64,000 nucleotides of DNA from contig CAKPAZ010000001.1 in the NCBI GenBank assembly GCA_934133195.1, positions 17,267 to 81,266 of the forward strand, read 5' to 3'. Below the pieces are notes generated by a model. That model ran no database searches and was not told where the DNA came from. It saw only the letters and a list, made by a program, of their open reading frames with translations. Made by a program: the position numbers and the translations under genes. Below, one piece after another: positions 21,774 to 31,224 of this stretch. This DNA is from an uncultured Bacilli bacterium. Its GTDB lineage: Bacteria; Bacillota_I; Bacilli_A; ML615J-28; CAG-313. Positions within the stretch are counted from its first letter, which is position 1, and each line of letters starts with the position of its first letter.

Positions 21774-23549
21774 ATGGTATTTGGTAAACATGTCAACAAA
21801 TTCTATAAAAAATACTTTTGGTATTTCTTTATTGGAATTATAACCTTAATCTTTGTTGATTTCATTCAGCTTTACTTGCCACCAATTACTGGTAATATTG
21901 TTGATGGAATAACTAACGGAACCATCAAAAATGGTGATTGGGATTACTTGTATAAACAAATCTTTTATATCATTTTAATTGGTCTAGGAATGCTACTTGG
22001 TAGATTCTTATGGCGTATTTGTATTTTTGGAGAATCTGTTAGAATTCAATCTGACCTAAGAAAAGATATGTTTTTAAAATGTGAACAATTGTCACAACGT
22101 TACTTCAAACAAAATAAAACAGGTGCTATTCTATCTTACTTTAGTAATGATCTAGAAACTCTTGAAGAAGCATTTGGATTTGGAATTGTTCAACTTGTAG
22201 ATGGTGTCTTTTTACTTATCATGTCAGTAATTAAGATGTTAATGTTACAACCAGTCTTAACTTTAATTCTTATGATCCCTTTAGTTTTACTAGGTCTTTG
22301 TGCCTTTTTTGTGGATAAACTAATGGAACAAAAGTTTGAAAGAAGACAAAAAGCCTTTGAAAATATGAGTGACTTCGCTCAAGAAAACTTTACAGGTATT
22401 CGTGTAATTAAAGCCTTTGTTAAGGAAAAGAAAGAACTAAGACAATTTTCTATGACAGCCCTAGATAACAAAAAAGCTAACATCAGCTTTGCACGTACTA
22501 GTTGTATTCTTGATGTTGCCTTTGATGCTTTAATCTACCTTGTATTTGGTATTGTTCTTGGTGGTGGTAGCTATTTAGTTTATTTAAATATTAAAACCCT
22601 TGGTGAATCTGGTATAACCGTAGGTCAACTTGTAACTTTTGTTGGTTATGTTGATACTTTAATATGGCCAGTATTTGCACTAGCGGGAACCATCAACCTT
22701 GTCGCAAGATCAAGAACATCACTTCGTCGTATTTCATCATTACTTGATGAACAAGTAGAAATTGTTGATAATGAAGTTGTAACTCCTGATAAAATTAAAG
22801 GAGAAATCGTCTTTAATCATTTTAACTTTGCTTACCCTGATGATCCTGAAAATCTAATCTTAAAAGATATTACTCTAACCATTAAGGCAGGAGAGACAAT
22901 CGGAATTGTTGGTAAAATTGGTAGTGGTAAATCAACCCTTGTTAATATGTTATTTAGACTATATAATGTAGAAGATAATACTTTATTTATTGATGGTTAT
23001 GACATTATGCATTTACCAATCAAGATGGTACGTGATAATATGGGATATTGTCCTCAAGATAATTTCCTATTCTCTGATACTATCAAAGCCAATGTTGCCT
23101 TCTCTAATCCTAATAATTCAATGGAACAAATTAAAGAAGCAACTAAGTTTGCTGATGTAGATACGAACATTGAAGACTTCAAAGAAAAATATGAAACCTT
23201 AATTGGTGAAAAAGGGGTATCCCTATCTGGTGGTCAAAAACAACGTATCTCTATTGCTCGTGCAATCATCAAAGATCCAACTATCCTTGTCCTTGATGAT
23301 TCAGTTAGTGCTGTCGATGTTAAAACTGAAGAAACCATTCTTCATAACATTAAAACCCTAAGAAAAGGAAAAACAACCATTCTTGTTGCATCTCGTGTAT
23401 CAACAGTTATGGGTCTTGATAAAGTTTTAGTTATGAATAAAGGTAGAGTTGAAGCTTTTGGTACTCATGAAGAATGTCTTCATAAATCAAAAGTCTATGC
23501 GAGAATGGTTGAACTCCAAACTTTAGAAGAAGAAATGGAGGAGAAATAA
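21774..23549 (+). CDS. ABC exporter half-transporter (TMD-NBD), degenerate-site subunit
   Basis: Six TM helices plus an NBD. Walker A GKIGSGKST, signature LSGGQKQR, but Walker B ILVLDDS (Asp instead of the catalytic Glu) and VASRVS instead of the AHRLS H-loop. AGGAGG RBS precedes the ATG at 21774. Confidence 0.85.
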   Translation: MVFGKHVNKFYKKYFWYFFIGIITLIFVDFIQLYLPPITGNIVDGITNGTIKNGDWDYLYKQIFYIILIGLGMLLGRFLWRICIFGESVRIQSDLRKDMFLKCEQLSQRYFKQNKTGAILSYFSNDLETLEEAFGFGIVQLVDGVFLLIMSVIKMLMLQPVLTLILMIPLVLLGLCAFFVDKLMEQKFERRQKAFENMSDFAQENFTGIRVIKAFVKEKKELRQFSMTALDNKKANISFARTSCILDVAFDALIYLVFGIVLGGGSYLVYLNIKTLGESGITVGQLVTFVGYVDTLIWPVFALAGTINLVARSRTSLRRISSLLDEQVEIVDNEVVTPDKIKGEIVFNHFNFAYPDDPENLILKDITLTIKAGETIGIVGKIGSGKSTLVNMLFRLYNVEDNTLFIDGYDIMHLPIKMVRDNMGYCPQDNFLFSDTIKANVAFSNPNNSMEQIKEATKFADVDTNIEDFKEKYETLIGEKGVSLSGGQKQRISIARAIIKDPTILVLDDSVSAVDVKTEETILHNIKTLRKGKTTILVASRVSTVMGLDKVLVMNKGRVEAFGTHEECLHKSKVYARMVELQTLEEEMEEK

Positions 23550-23550
23550 G

Positions 23551-25536
23551 ATGTTTGTATTATTACTTACTTTACTTCCTTTCCTTAGTATTCTTTCTAC
23601 CGCTTTAGTTTTTGTTATTTATAATAGAAGTAAATACCTCAAGACTAATCGACCTAAAAAAGAAAATACTCATCAAAAAGAAGAACATATCTATGAAAAA
23701 ACTGACCGTCATATGTCAGACATGGAAATCATCAAACGTACCTATGTTTACATAAAACCATACATGGGTAAATTAATTGGAGTCTTACTAATTATGATTC
23801 TAATGATTTTCATTGACCTTGGTTCATCGGTTTTACCTGGTTATGTTACCAGCTCTCTTGGTGATCTTGTGGTTAAATTTAAAGAAGGTAATATTTTACC
23901 AAGTGATATGCGAACAGTTATTATTTTAATTGTTCTAACAATTGTTGTAAGCTTGCTAAATGCGGTATTAATCTACATTACAACAATGTCACTTCAAAAG
24001 ATTGGTCAAAGTATTATCTATGATTTAAGAATGATGGTCTTTGAACATATTGATAATATGTCAATTGCTCAACTTAATGAAATCCCCGTTGGTTCCCTTG
24101 TTACTAGAGTTGTATCTGATACTAATGCTTTAAGTGATTTATTTACTAATACAATTGTTAATATGATTAAAAACTTATTAATGCTTATTGGTGTAATTTG
24201 TATTATGTATGTCATTGACTGGAGAATTGCGAGCATCCTAATGGGATTTATGCCAATTATTGCGGTAAGTTCAATCATCTTTAGAAAGTTCTCACGTACA
24301 AACTATCGTAAAGTTAGACATAGTTTTTCTACAATGAACGCTTTCTTAAATGAAAACATCTCAGGAATGAAGATTACCCAAATCTTTAATCAAGAAAAAC
24401 AAAAAGAAGATGAATTCGATCGTTTAAATGCTAAAATCTTAACAACAAGAAATACCGATATTAAGATTTTCGCAACCTACCGTCCTTTCATTACCTTCAT
24501 TTACTATGTTGCTCTTGCTTTAGTGTTTGGTCTTGGTACATACTTTTGTATCAAATATGGTATTGTCGCAAGCCCTCTCCTTGGCTCTTTCATGACTTTA
24601 TCAATCATCGGAATTATTCAAATTTTCTATTCCCTTGTTGGTAAGTTCTTTAATCCAATTCAAACCCTTGCGGACCAACTAAACTCTTTACAACGTGCCT
24701 TCACATCATGTGAAAGACTTTATAACTTAATGGATATTAAACCTGACTTTATAGATAAACCAGATGCCTTAGATATTGATCACTTTGAAGGTGATATTGA
24801 ATTTAAGAATGTATGGTTTGCTTATAAAGAAGGCGAATGGATTTTAAAAGATGTTTCTTTCCATATTAAACCAAAACAAGTTGTTGCCTTTGTTGGAGCA
24901 ACCGGGGCAGGAAAAACAACAATCCTTCAATTAATCGTAAGAAACTATGATATCCAAAAAGGTCAAATCCTAATTGATGGTCATGACATTACCGATATTA
25001 AGATTAAATCATTAAGAAGAGGTATTGGCCAAATGTTACAAGATGTTTTCCTATTCTCAGGAAGCATTAAATCAAACATTAACCTTCGTGATGAAGAGAT
25101 TTCCCTTGATGATATTATCGATGCATGTAAGTATGTTAACGCTGATCAATTTATTGAACACCTACCTAAAAAATATGATGAAGAAGTTTTAGAGGGTGGT
25201 GCTAACTTCTCAAGTGGGGAAAGACAATTACTTTCATTTGCACGTACCGTCGTACATAAACCACAAATCTTAATTCTTGATGAAGCAACCGCGAACATTG
25301 ATACCGAAACCGAACAACTAATTCAAAAATCATTAGTTAAGATGATGAATATAGGTACAATGTTAATTGTTGCTCACCGTCTATCGACTATTCAACATGC
25401 TGATAACATCATATGCTTACAAAAAGGTCAAATTGTTGAACAAGGTAACCATCAAGAATTATTAAAGAAAAAAGGTTACTACTATAACTTATATCGTTTA
25501 CAATATCAAGATCAAGAAGTAAATTATGAAGAATAA
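23551..25536 (+). CDS. ABC exporter half-transporter (TMD-NBD), consensus-site subunit
   Basis: Walker A GATGAGKTT, Walker B ILILDEAT, H-loop VAHRLST, and a non-canonical signature FSSGERQ. Has an extra roughly 55-aa N-terminal segment with one TM helix. Confidence 0.85.
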   Translation: MFVLLLTLLPFLSILSTALVFVIYNRSKYLKTNRPKKENTHQKEEHIYEKTDRHMSDMEIIKRTYVYIKPYMGKLIGVLLIMILMIFIDLGSSVLPGYVTSSLGDLVVKFKEGNILPSDMRTVIILIVLTIVVSLLNAVLIYITTMSLQKIGQSIIYDLRMMVFEHIDNMSIAQLNEIPVGSLVTRVVSDTNALSDLFTNTIVNMIKNLLMLIGVICIMYVIDWRIASILMGFMPIIAVSSIIFRKFSRTNYRKVRHSFSTMNAFLNENISGMKITQIFNQEKQKEDEFDRLNAKILTTRNTDIKIFATYRPFITFIYYVALALVFGLGTYFCIKYGIVASPLLGSFMTLSIIGIIQIFYSLVGKFFNPIQTLADQLNSLQRAFTSCERLYNLMDIKPDFIDKPDALDIDHFEGDIEFKNVWFAYKEGEWILKDVSFHIKPKQVVAFVGATGAGKTTILQLIVRNYDIQKGQILIDGHDITDIKIKSLRRGIGQMLQDVFLFSGSIKSNINLRDEEISLDDIIDACKYVNADQFIEHLPKKYDEEVLEGGANFSSGERQLLSFARTVVHKPQILILDEATANIDTETEQLIQKSLVKMMNIGTMLIVAHRLSTIQHADNIICLQKGQIVEQGNHQELLKKKGYYYNLYRLQYQDQEVNYEE

Positions 25537-25544
25537 ACAAAATG

Positions 25545-25574
25545 GGAACTATTGATAATAATAGTTCCTTTTTG
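25545..25574 (+). terminator. Rho-independent terminator after the ABC operon
   Basis: GGAACTATtgataataATAGTTCC followed by TTTTTG. Confidence 0.65.
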
Positions 25575-25600
25575 ATTGATAAATTTAAGGTTTTATTAGG

Positions 25601-25629
25601 TTGAAAAATATAACAAATTGTGCTATAAT
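25601..25629 (+). promoter_or_regulatory. SigA-type promoter of proS
   Basis: TTGAAA, 17 nt spacer, TATAAT with a TGC extended -10. The leader is only about 30 nt. Confidence 0.5.
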
Positions 25630-25666
25630 TTTTAACGATTTAAGTAAAATGAAAGTGGTGAATTAT

Positions 25667-27370
25667 ATGAAAGCAAGCAAAATGCTTATTGCAACCCTAA
25701 AAGAAGCTCCAAATGAAGCTCAAATATCAAGCCATATCCTTTTAATTAGAGCTGGCATGATTAGAAAACTTGTCGCAGGAGTATACAACTATCTTCCCCT
25801 TGGTTTAAGAACACTAAGAAAGGTTGAAGCAATCATTCGTGAAGAAATGGATGAAGCCGGCGCTTTAGAAATCTTATCATCAGCGATTCAACCAAAGGAA
25901 TTATGGGAAGAATCTGGAAGATGGCAAAAGTATGGACCAGAGTTAATCCGTTTTAAGGATCGTCATGAACGTGAATTTTGTTTAGGTCCTACTCATGAAG
26001 AAATCTTCACTGACCTTGTTAGAAATGAAATAAAATCAAGAAAAAACTTACCTATAAATCTTTATCAAATTCAAACTAAGTATCGCGATGAACTTCGCCC
26101 TCGTTTTGGCCTTATGAGAGGACGTGAATTTATTATGAAAGATAATTATTCATTTGATCTTACTGAAGAAGGCTTAAATGAATCATATGATCTAATGTAT
26201 AAGACATATGAACGTATCTTTACCCGTTTAGGTTTAAATTATAAAGTTGTTCTTGCTGACACAGGAGCTATCGGCGGTAACGGTTCTCATCAATTCATGG
26301 CTATCAGTGAAGTTGGTGAAAGTGACATCGTATACTGTGATTGTGGTTATGCGGCTGATGAAGAAAAGGCAGTTTCTCGTATTGATGAATATCGTTTTAA
26401 TGAAGAATTAAAACCTCTTGAACTTATCGAAACTCCACATCAAAAGAGTATTGAAGAAATCAGTAAGTTCTTAAATGTTACTCCTAAAGATGTAGTAAAA
26501 TCAATGGTATATCGTGATTTATTCCATAATGAACTTGTCTTAGTCCTTGTAAGAGGTGACCGTGATGTTAACGAAATCAAAGTAGTTAACGCTCTTGGAA
26601 TTGCTGAACATGAACTTACTCTTGCATCATATGATGATATCTTATCAATAGGTTCCGTTGAAGGTTTTGTTGGTCCTGTTGGACTTAACGTTAAAACTTT
26701 AGTTGACCCCGAGGTTGCTGGCATGCATAATGCAGTAGTCGGTGCCAACCAAGCAAACTACCACATGCTAAACGCTAACTATGAAAGAGACTATAATGGT
26801 ACAATCGTTGATGTAAGAAACGCAACTTCAGGTGATCACTGCCCTATCTGTGGTAAACCTATGAAGATGGAAAAAGGTATTGAAGTAGGTCAAATCTTTA
26901 AACTTGGTACTAAGTACTCACTTCCAATGGGATGTACCTACCAAAATGAAGAAGGCAAGACTGTCCCAATGGTAATGGGATGTTATGGTATTGGTGTTAC
27001 AAGAACGATGTCTAGTATTATTGAGCAATATCATGATGAATATGGTATTTGTTGGCCAATCAATGTTGCTCCATATCATGCGGTTATTGTACCAATTAAC
27101 TATAGTGACCCTGTTATGAAAGAAGCAAGTGATAAGTTATATGAACAAATGAAGAAAGCTCATATTGAAGTTATCTTAGATGATCGTGATGAACGTCCTG
27201 GCTTCAAATTTAAAGATTGGGAATTAATTGGTATACCTTATATTATTACGATTGGTCGTCGTGCAAATGAAGGCATCTGTGAATTTAAAGTTCGTGTAAC
27301 TAACGAAAAACAAGAAAAAACATTTGAAGAAGCTTTCAATATTGTTAAGACTGCAGTTGATGAAATCTAA
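25667..27370 (+). CDS. proS: Proline--tRNA ligase (bacterial type with INS editing domain)
   Basis: MKASKMLIATLKEAP start, class II motifs FRDE-like YRDELRPRFGLMRGREF, and a C-terminal anticodon-binding domain. GGTGA RBS precedes the ATG at 25667. Confidence 0.95.
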   Translation: MKASKMLIATLKEAPNEAQISSHILLIRAGMIRKLVAGVYNYLPLGLRTLRKVEAIIREEMDEAGALEILSSAIQPKELWEESGRWQKYGPELIRFKDRHEREFCLGPTHEEIFTDLVRNEIKSRKNLPINLYQIQTKYRDELRPRFGLMRGREFIMKDNYSFDLTEEGLNESYDLMYKTYERIFTRLGLNYKVVLADTGAIGGNGSHQFMAISEVGESDIVYCDCGYAADEEKAVSRIDEYRFNEELKPLELIETPHQKSIEEISKFLNVTPKDVVKSMVYRDLFHNELVLVLVRGDRDVNEIKVVNALGIAEHELTLASYDDILSIGSVEGFVGPVGLNVKTLVDPEVAGMHNAVVGANQANYHMLNANYERDYNGTIVDVRNATSGDHCPICGKPMKMEKGIEVGQIFKLGTKYSLPMGCTYQNEEGKTVPMVMGCYGIGVTRTMSSIIEQYHDEYGICWPINVAPYHAVIVPINYSDPVMKEASDKLYEQMKKAHIEVILDDRDERPGFKFKDWELIGIPYIITIGRRANEGICEFKVRVTNEKQEKTFEEAFNIVKTAVDEI

Positions 27371-27373
27371 ATA

Positions 27374-27401
27374 GTATCTGCTTTTAGCAGGTACTTTTTT
27401 T
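27374..27401 (+). terminator. Rho-independent terminator after proS
   Basis: GTATCTGCttttaGCAGGTAC followed by TTTTTTT. Confidence 0.65.
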
Positions 27402-27424
27402 ATATAATCTCTTTCGTATTTTAT

Positions 27425-27453
27425 TTGACTAAATAATGGTAATTTAGTATAAT
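27425..27453 (+). promoter_or_regulatory. SigA-type promoter of the CNNM gene pair
   Basis: TTGACT, 17 nt spacer, TATAAT. Confidence 0.5.
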
Positions 27454-27485
27454 ATTGTTGTTTTATAAAGGAGTTGATTTTTAAT

Positions 27486-28550
27486 ATGGATCCGCTGGTC
27501 CCCTTATCACAAGTATTAAGTGTAAATAATACAAGTAACTTTGTAGGTACAATCTTAATTATACTTGTTTTAATTATTTTCTCAGCTTTTTTCAGTGCAA
27601 CGGAAACTGCGTTTTCTTGTTGTAACCGCATTAGAATGAAAGTAAAAGCTGAAGGAGGCAGTAAATCTGCAAAATTAGTAATGAAAGTTCTTGATGGATA
27701 TGATCGTTCATTAATTACTTTATTAATTGGTAACAACATTGTTAACTTAACAGCATCATCACTTGCGACTGTTGTTTTCATGATTGTATTTAATAATAAT
27801 GAAAGTTTAGCTACTACGATTTCAACTGTAGCCATGACTTTACTTATTTTCTTTTTTGGTGAATCAGTACCTAAGAATATTGCCAAGAGAAATCCTGAAA
27901 AATACTCATGTATCTTCGTTTATCCGATTGTTGTATTACATGTAATTTTTTATCCGGTAATGTTAATTTTTTATGGTATTACTTTACTTGTAAAAAAGAT
28001 TTTCCATGGTGATAAAGAAGAAGCCATCATGACTGAAGATGAATTCCAAACAATTGTTGGAATCGTTGAAGAAGAAGGTGGCATCGATGAAGAAGAAAGT
28101 GACATCATTCAAGCTGCTGTTGACTTTGGTGATATCACCGTTAAAGATGTTTTGACCCCAATTGAAAAAGTATTTGGAATTGACATTAAAAAAGCATCGC
28201 GTAAAGAACTAATGAATATTTTACGCTCAACAGAATTTTCAAGAATCCCTGTTTATGATGGAGATATAAAAAATATTATTGGTATTTTTCATGTAAGAAA
28301 ATTCTTAAAGAGCTATATGAAATCTAAAACATATTCACCACGTTCAGCTATTTCTGAACCACTCATTGTTCGTGACACTTTTAAACTAGATGATATGGTT
28401 GACTTCTTTAAAGAAAAGAAAGTCCACCTCGCAGTTGTAAAGAATGAACAAGGTGACACTTTAGGTATTGTTACGATGGAAGATGTTTTAGAAGAATTAA
28501 TCGGTGAACAAAACTTAAAACTTGCCTCAAAAAGTGAGGTGACTAAATAA
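27486..28550 (+). CDS. CNNM/DUF21 + CBS-pair membrane protein (no CorC_HlyC domain)
   Basis: DUF21 TM region (FSATETAF, GESVPKN), then a CBS pair; ends soon after the CBS pair. Confidence 0.8.
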   Translation: MDPLVPLSQVLSVNNTSNFVGTILIILVLIIFSAFFSATETAFSCCNRIRMKVKAEGGSKSAKLVMKVLDGYDRSLITLLIGNNIVNLTASSLATVVFMIVFNNNESLATTISTVAMTLLIFFFGESVPKNIAKRNPEKYSCIFVYPIVVLHVIFYPVMLIFYGITLLVKKIFHGDKEEAIMTEDEFQTIVGIVEEEGGIDEEESDIIQAAVDFGDITVKDVLTPIEKVFGIDIKKASRKELMNILRSTEFSRIPVYDGDIKNIIGIFHVRKFLKSYMKSKTYSPRSAISEPLIVRDTFKLDDMVDFFKEKKVHLAVVKNEQGDTLGIVTMEDVLEELIGEQNLKLASKSEVTK

Positions 28551-29827
28551 TGAATCTAGTTGAAATTTTAATTTCGGTAGCCATTATTGTCTTGATTGTC
28601 TTTTCAGCGTTCTTCTCATCTTGTGAAGTTGCTTATTCAACCGTTTCAAAGTTTAAACTTAAGAACGAAGAAGAAAAAGGCAATAAAAAAGCTGTTAAAG
28701 CTTTAAAAGTTATTGATCACTATTCAGAAACTTTAACTACCGTATTAGTTGGTAACAATATAGTTAACATCTTAATCTCATCACTTGGTACTGTCCTTGC
28801 GATTAGAAAATTTGGTGAAGATAAAGGGCCTTTAATTTCCACTATCTTCCTAACAATTCTTTTGTTAATCTTTGGGGAAATTTTGCCTAAGATACTTGGT
28901 AAAAGATTTAACTATAATTTATCTTTATTTTACACCCCAATCTTTAATTTCTTTAAAATGTTATTCTTCCCAATCACTTGGGTTGTTAACAAAATCATTA
29001 ATGCCTTATTTAAGCATAAAAAGGAAGAGGAACAACTTCCGACCGCAACCGATGAAGAATTAATTACCATTGTTGATGAACTTGAAGAAGAAGGCGTTAT
29101 CGATGAAGATGATGAAGAATTAATTAAATCAGCAATTGACTTTTGTGATGTTACCGCTCATGAAATTATGATTCCACGTGTTGATGTTTTCGCAATCGAC
29201 ATTGAAGATTCTAAAGAAGACATCTTAAACAACGATGAAATCTACAAATACTCAAGAGTTCCGGTTTATGATGGTTCAATTGATAATATTATTGGAATTC
29301 TTAATACAACTGATCTAATGAAGCTCCTACTTTCTAAAGAGGAAGTTGATCTTAAATCAATGTTAATGAAGCCAATCTTTGTATTTAAAACAAAGTCAAT
29401 CTCTAGTATTCTAACTGAACTTAAGACTTCGCATGTTCATCTTGCGATTGTAGTTGATGAGTTTGGGGGAACGATGGGTATTCTTACCATTGAAGATATC
29501 GTTGAAGAATTAATCGGGGATGTCTTTGATGAACTCGATGAAGTTGAAGAAGATTATAAAGAATGTGAAGATGGTTCATACATCGTTGATGGTGATATGA
29601 ATATCTATGATTTCTTTGAATTAATTGAATATGATGACCGTGATTTTGAATCAGAGTACACGACTGTCGGTGGCTGGTGTACAGAAGTCTTAGAGAAATT
29701 CCCAGAAGTTGGTGATCACTTTGATTTCGCAAACATCACCGTTGAAGTAACGGAAGCTGACAAAATGAGAGTCGGTAAAGTTCATGTTACAGTCCATCCA
29801 AAAGAAGAGGATGAAGAAGATGAATAA
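28550..29827 (+). CDS. CNNM/DUF21 + CBS-pair + CorC_HlyC protein (putative Mg/Co efflux, hemolysin-family annotation)
   Basis: FSSCEVAY and GEILPK DUF21 motifs, a CBS pair, C-terminal CorC-like domain (YTTVGGW) and an acidic tail. Confidence 0.8.
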   Translation: MNLVEILISVAIIVLIVFSAFFSSCEVAYSTVSKFKLKNEEEKGNKKAVKALKVIDHYSETLTTVLVGNNIVNILISSLGTVLAIRKFGEDKGPLISTIFLTILLLIFGEILPKILGKRFNYNLSLFYTPIFNFFKMLFFPITWVVNKIINALFKHKKEEEQLPTATDEELITIVDELEEEGVIDEDDEELIKSAIDFCDVTAHEIMIPRVDVFAIDIEDSKEDILNNDEIYKYSRVPVYDGSIDNIIGILNTTDLMKLLLSKEEVDLKSMLMKPIFVFKTKSISSILTELKTSHVHLAIVVDEFGGTMGILTIEDIVEELIGDVFDELDEVEEDYKECEDGSYIVDGDMNIYDFFELIEYDDRDFESEYTTVGGWCTEVLEKFPEVGDHFDFANITVEVTEADKMRVGKVHVTVHPKEEDEEDE

Positions 29828-29856
29828 AAGACAAGGGTTTAACCCTTGTCTTTTTG
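29827..29856. terminator. Bidirectional terminator
   Basis: AAAGACAAGGGTttaACCCTTGTCTTT flanked by an A-run and a T-run, between convergent genes. Confidence 0.7.
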
Positions 29857-29857
29857 A

Positions 29858-30364
29858 CTATTTAAAAAGTGAAAAATCATCACAGTTAACAATCCTTGTT
29901 CCATAAACATTGGTTGATGGATTAACAAAGACGATCTCACATTCATTGATGTACATAACAATCTTCTTACTCTTAGGAATTAAGACTACAACCTTTTGTT
30001 CATCATCCTTTGTTTCAAGTTTCATAAAGCAATCAATATTTTGATTTAAATACTTTGAATATGGATCAGATTTACCAGGATTGTTACCTCCACCATATTT
30101 GATTTCCCATGTTGTTTTATTGTTGATTTGAACTAAGGAATAACTTGGAAGTGAAACAAGCTTAATAAGAAATTTTCGCTTATCAATTTCAAGAATAAAA
30201 TTATATGAAAAATGTTCTGCTTTATGGATTTTGTAAGAAATATTATTTTTTTCAAGTTCGTTTTTTAATGAATCTTCATATCCAGCTTTTTTAGTTATTG
30301 GAACAATAATACTAATGATAATGATTAATAAAAATATAACGGCGATAATAATTAAGAATGGCAT
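29858..30364 (-). CDS. Hypothetical membrane-anchored protein
   Basis: 168 aa with an N-terminal TM helix (FLIIIAVIFLLIIIISIIV). I recognise no motif with confidence. Confidence 0.5.
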   Translation of the reverse strand: MPFLIIIAVIFLLIIIISIIVPITKKAGYEDSLKNELEKNNISYKIHKAEHFSYNFILEIDKRKFLIKLVSLPSYSLVQINNKTTWEIKYGGGNNPGKSDPYSKYLNQNIDCFMKLETKDDEQKVVVLIPKSKKIVMYINECEIVFVNPSTNVYGTRIVNCDDFSLFK

Positions 30365-30474
30365 AAATGTTCTCCTTTTTTATTATTCTATAATAATTTA
30401 AATTTATTTGCAAGAATTAAACTTTTGTTTAAACTAATAAGCAAGGCTATCATATAATGTAAATGGTGATAAGT

Positions 30475-30810
30475 ATGAAAATAGTTGTTGGTAGTATGGA
30501 TTATCGTTTACAACAATTTATTAAAGCATCAACATTTTCCGAAAAAATGTTATTAATCAATAAGATGTGTAATGTCAAAACTATCAAAGATGAATCAGAC
30601 ATTATTATTCCCTTTGGGATAATCATGAACAATGGTTTAATTTCTAATACTTTAGTTCATTTTGAAGAATTAATTATTACTTTAAATCCCAAGGTTGTTT
30701 ATTATGGTAATCCTTTTAATACTCCATTTTTTGAAAAATTAAAAGATCGCTATGGATTTGAACTAAAATATATAAACATTAAAAACCTAAATCAAAAGTT
30801 CTTTTTCTAA
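30475..30810 (+). CDS. Hypothetical protein, possible stand-alone DpaA N-terminal-like domain
   Basis: GGTGA RBS before the ATG at 30475. KIVVGSMDYRLQQFI and DIIIPFG resemble KIAVIGGDARQLEII and DSIILPV of B. subtilis SpoVFA as I recall it. Weak evidence. Confidence 0.3.
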   Translation: MKIVVGSMDYRLQQFIKASTFSEKMLLINKMCNVKTIKDESDIIIPFGIIMNNGLISNTLVHFEELIITLNPKVVYYGNPFNTPFFEKLKDRYGFELKYINIKNLNQKFFF

Positions 30811-30871
30811 CAACTTGCAAAAAAAACAAATATTTAGTATAATTTACGATAGAAAATAACGAGGTGATATT

Positions 30872-31180
30872 ATGGAATTTGGATTAAATGAAGTATTAGG
30901 AGTAATTATTTTAGTAATGAGTATTTTCCTTTTAGTCTCTGAGATTAGAACTAAAAAAGCAACTGATTTAGTAACAAACATTGTTATCGCAGCAATCCTT
31001 GTGGGAGTTTCTCTTTACAATTTAATTAAAATTGGCTTTACAAAAGATTCAATAATTATAACAGTGATATACATTATTGTTTCACTAATTAGTATTGCTT
31101 ATATTATCCTATTTGTTTTACATTATCGTAAATTTAAAAATGAAAATAAACAAGAAAATAACGAATCAAACGAACAATAA
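30872..31180 (+). CDS. Hypothetical small membrane protein (3 TM helices)
   Basis: 102 aa, three hydrophobic helices, polar N/E/Q-rich tail. GAGGTGA RBS. Confidence 0.5.
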   Translation: MEFGLNEVLGVIILVMSIFLLVSEIRTKKATDLVTNIVIAAILVGVSLYNLIKIGFTKDSIIITVIYIIVSLISIAYIILFVLHYRKFKNENKQENNESNEQ

Positions 31181-31224
31181 TTAACAATTAACCCAATAAA
31201 ATTTGTAATTTTTAGGAGGCAGGT

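Noticed and set aside
27224-27886. The 220-aa minus-strand ORF overlapping the proS end and the first CNNM gene
   Set aside because: It is antisense to two well-supported genes and spans their terminator and promoter. It has low-complexity composition and no RBS, so it is an AT-rich antisense artefact. The same applies to the other short antisense or alternative-frame ORFs in the track, for example 5402..5665, 14089..14388, 14443..14796, 26440..26748 and the cluster at 53476..53960 inside obg.
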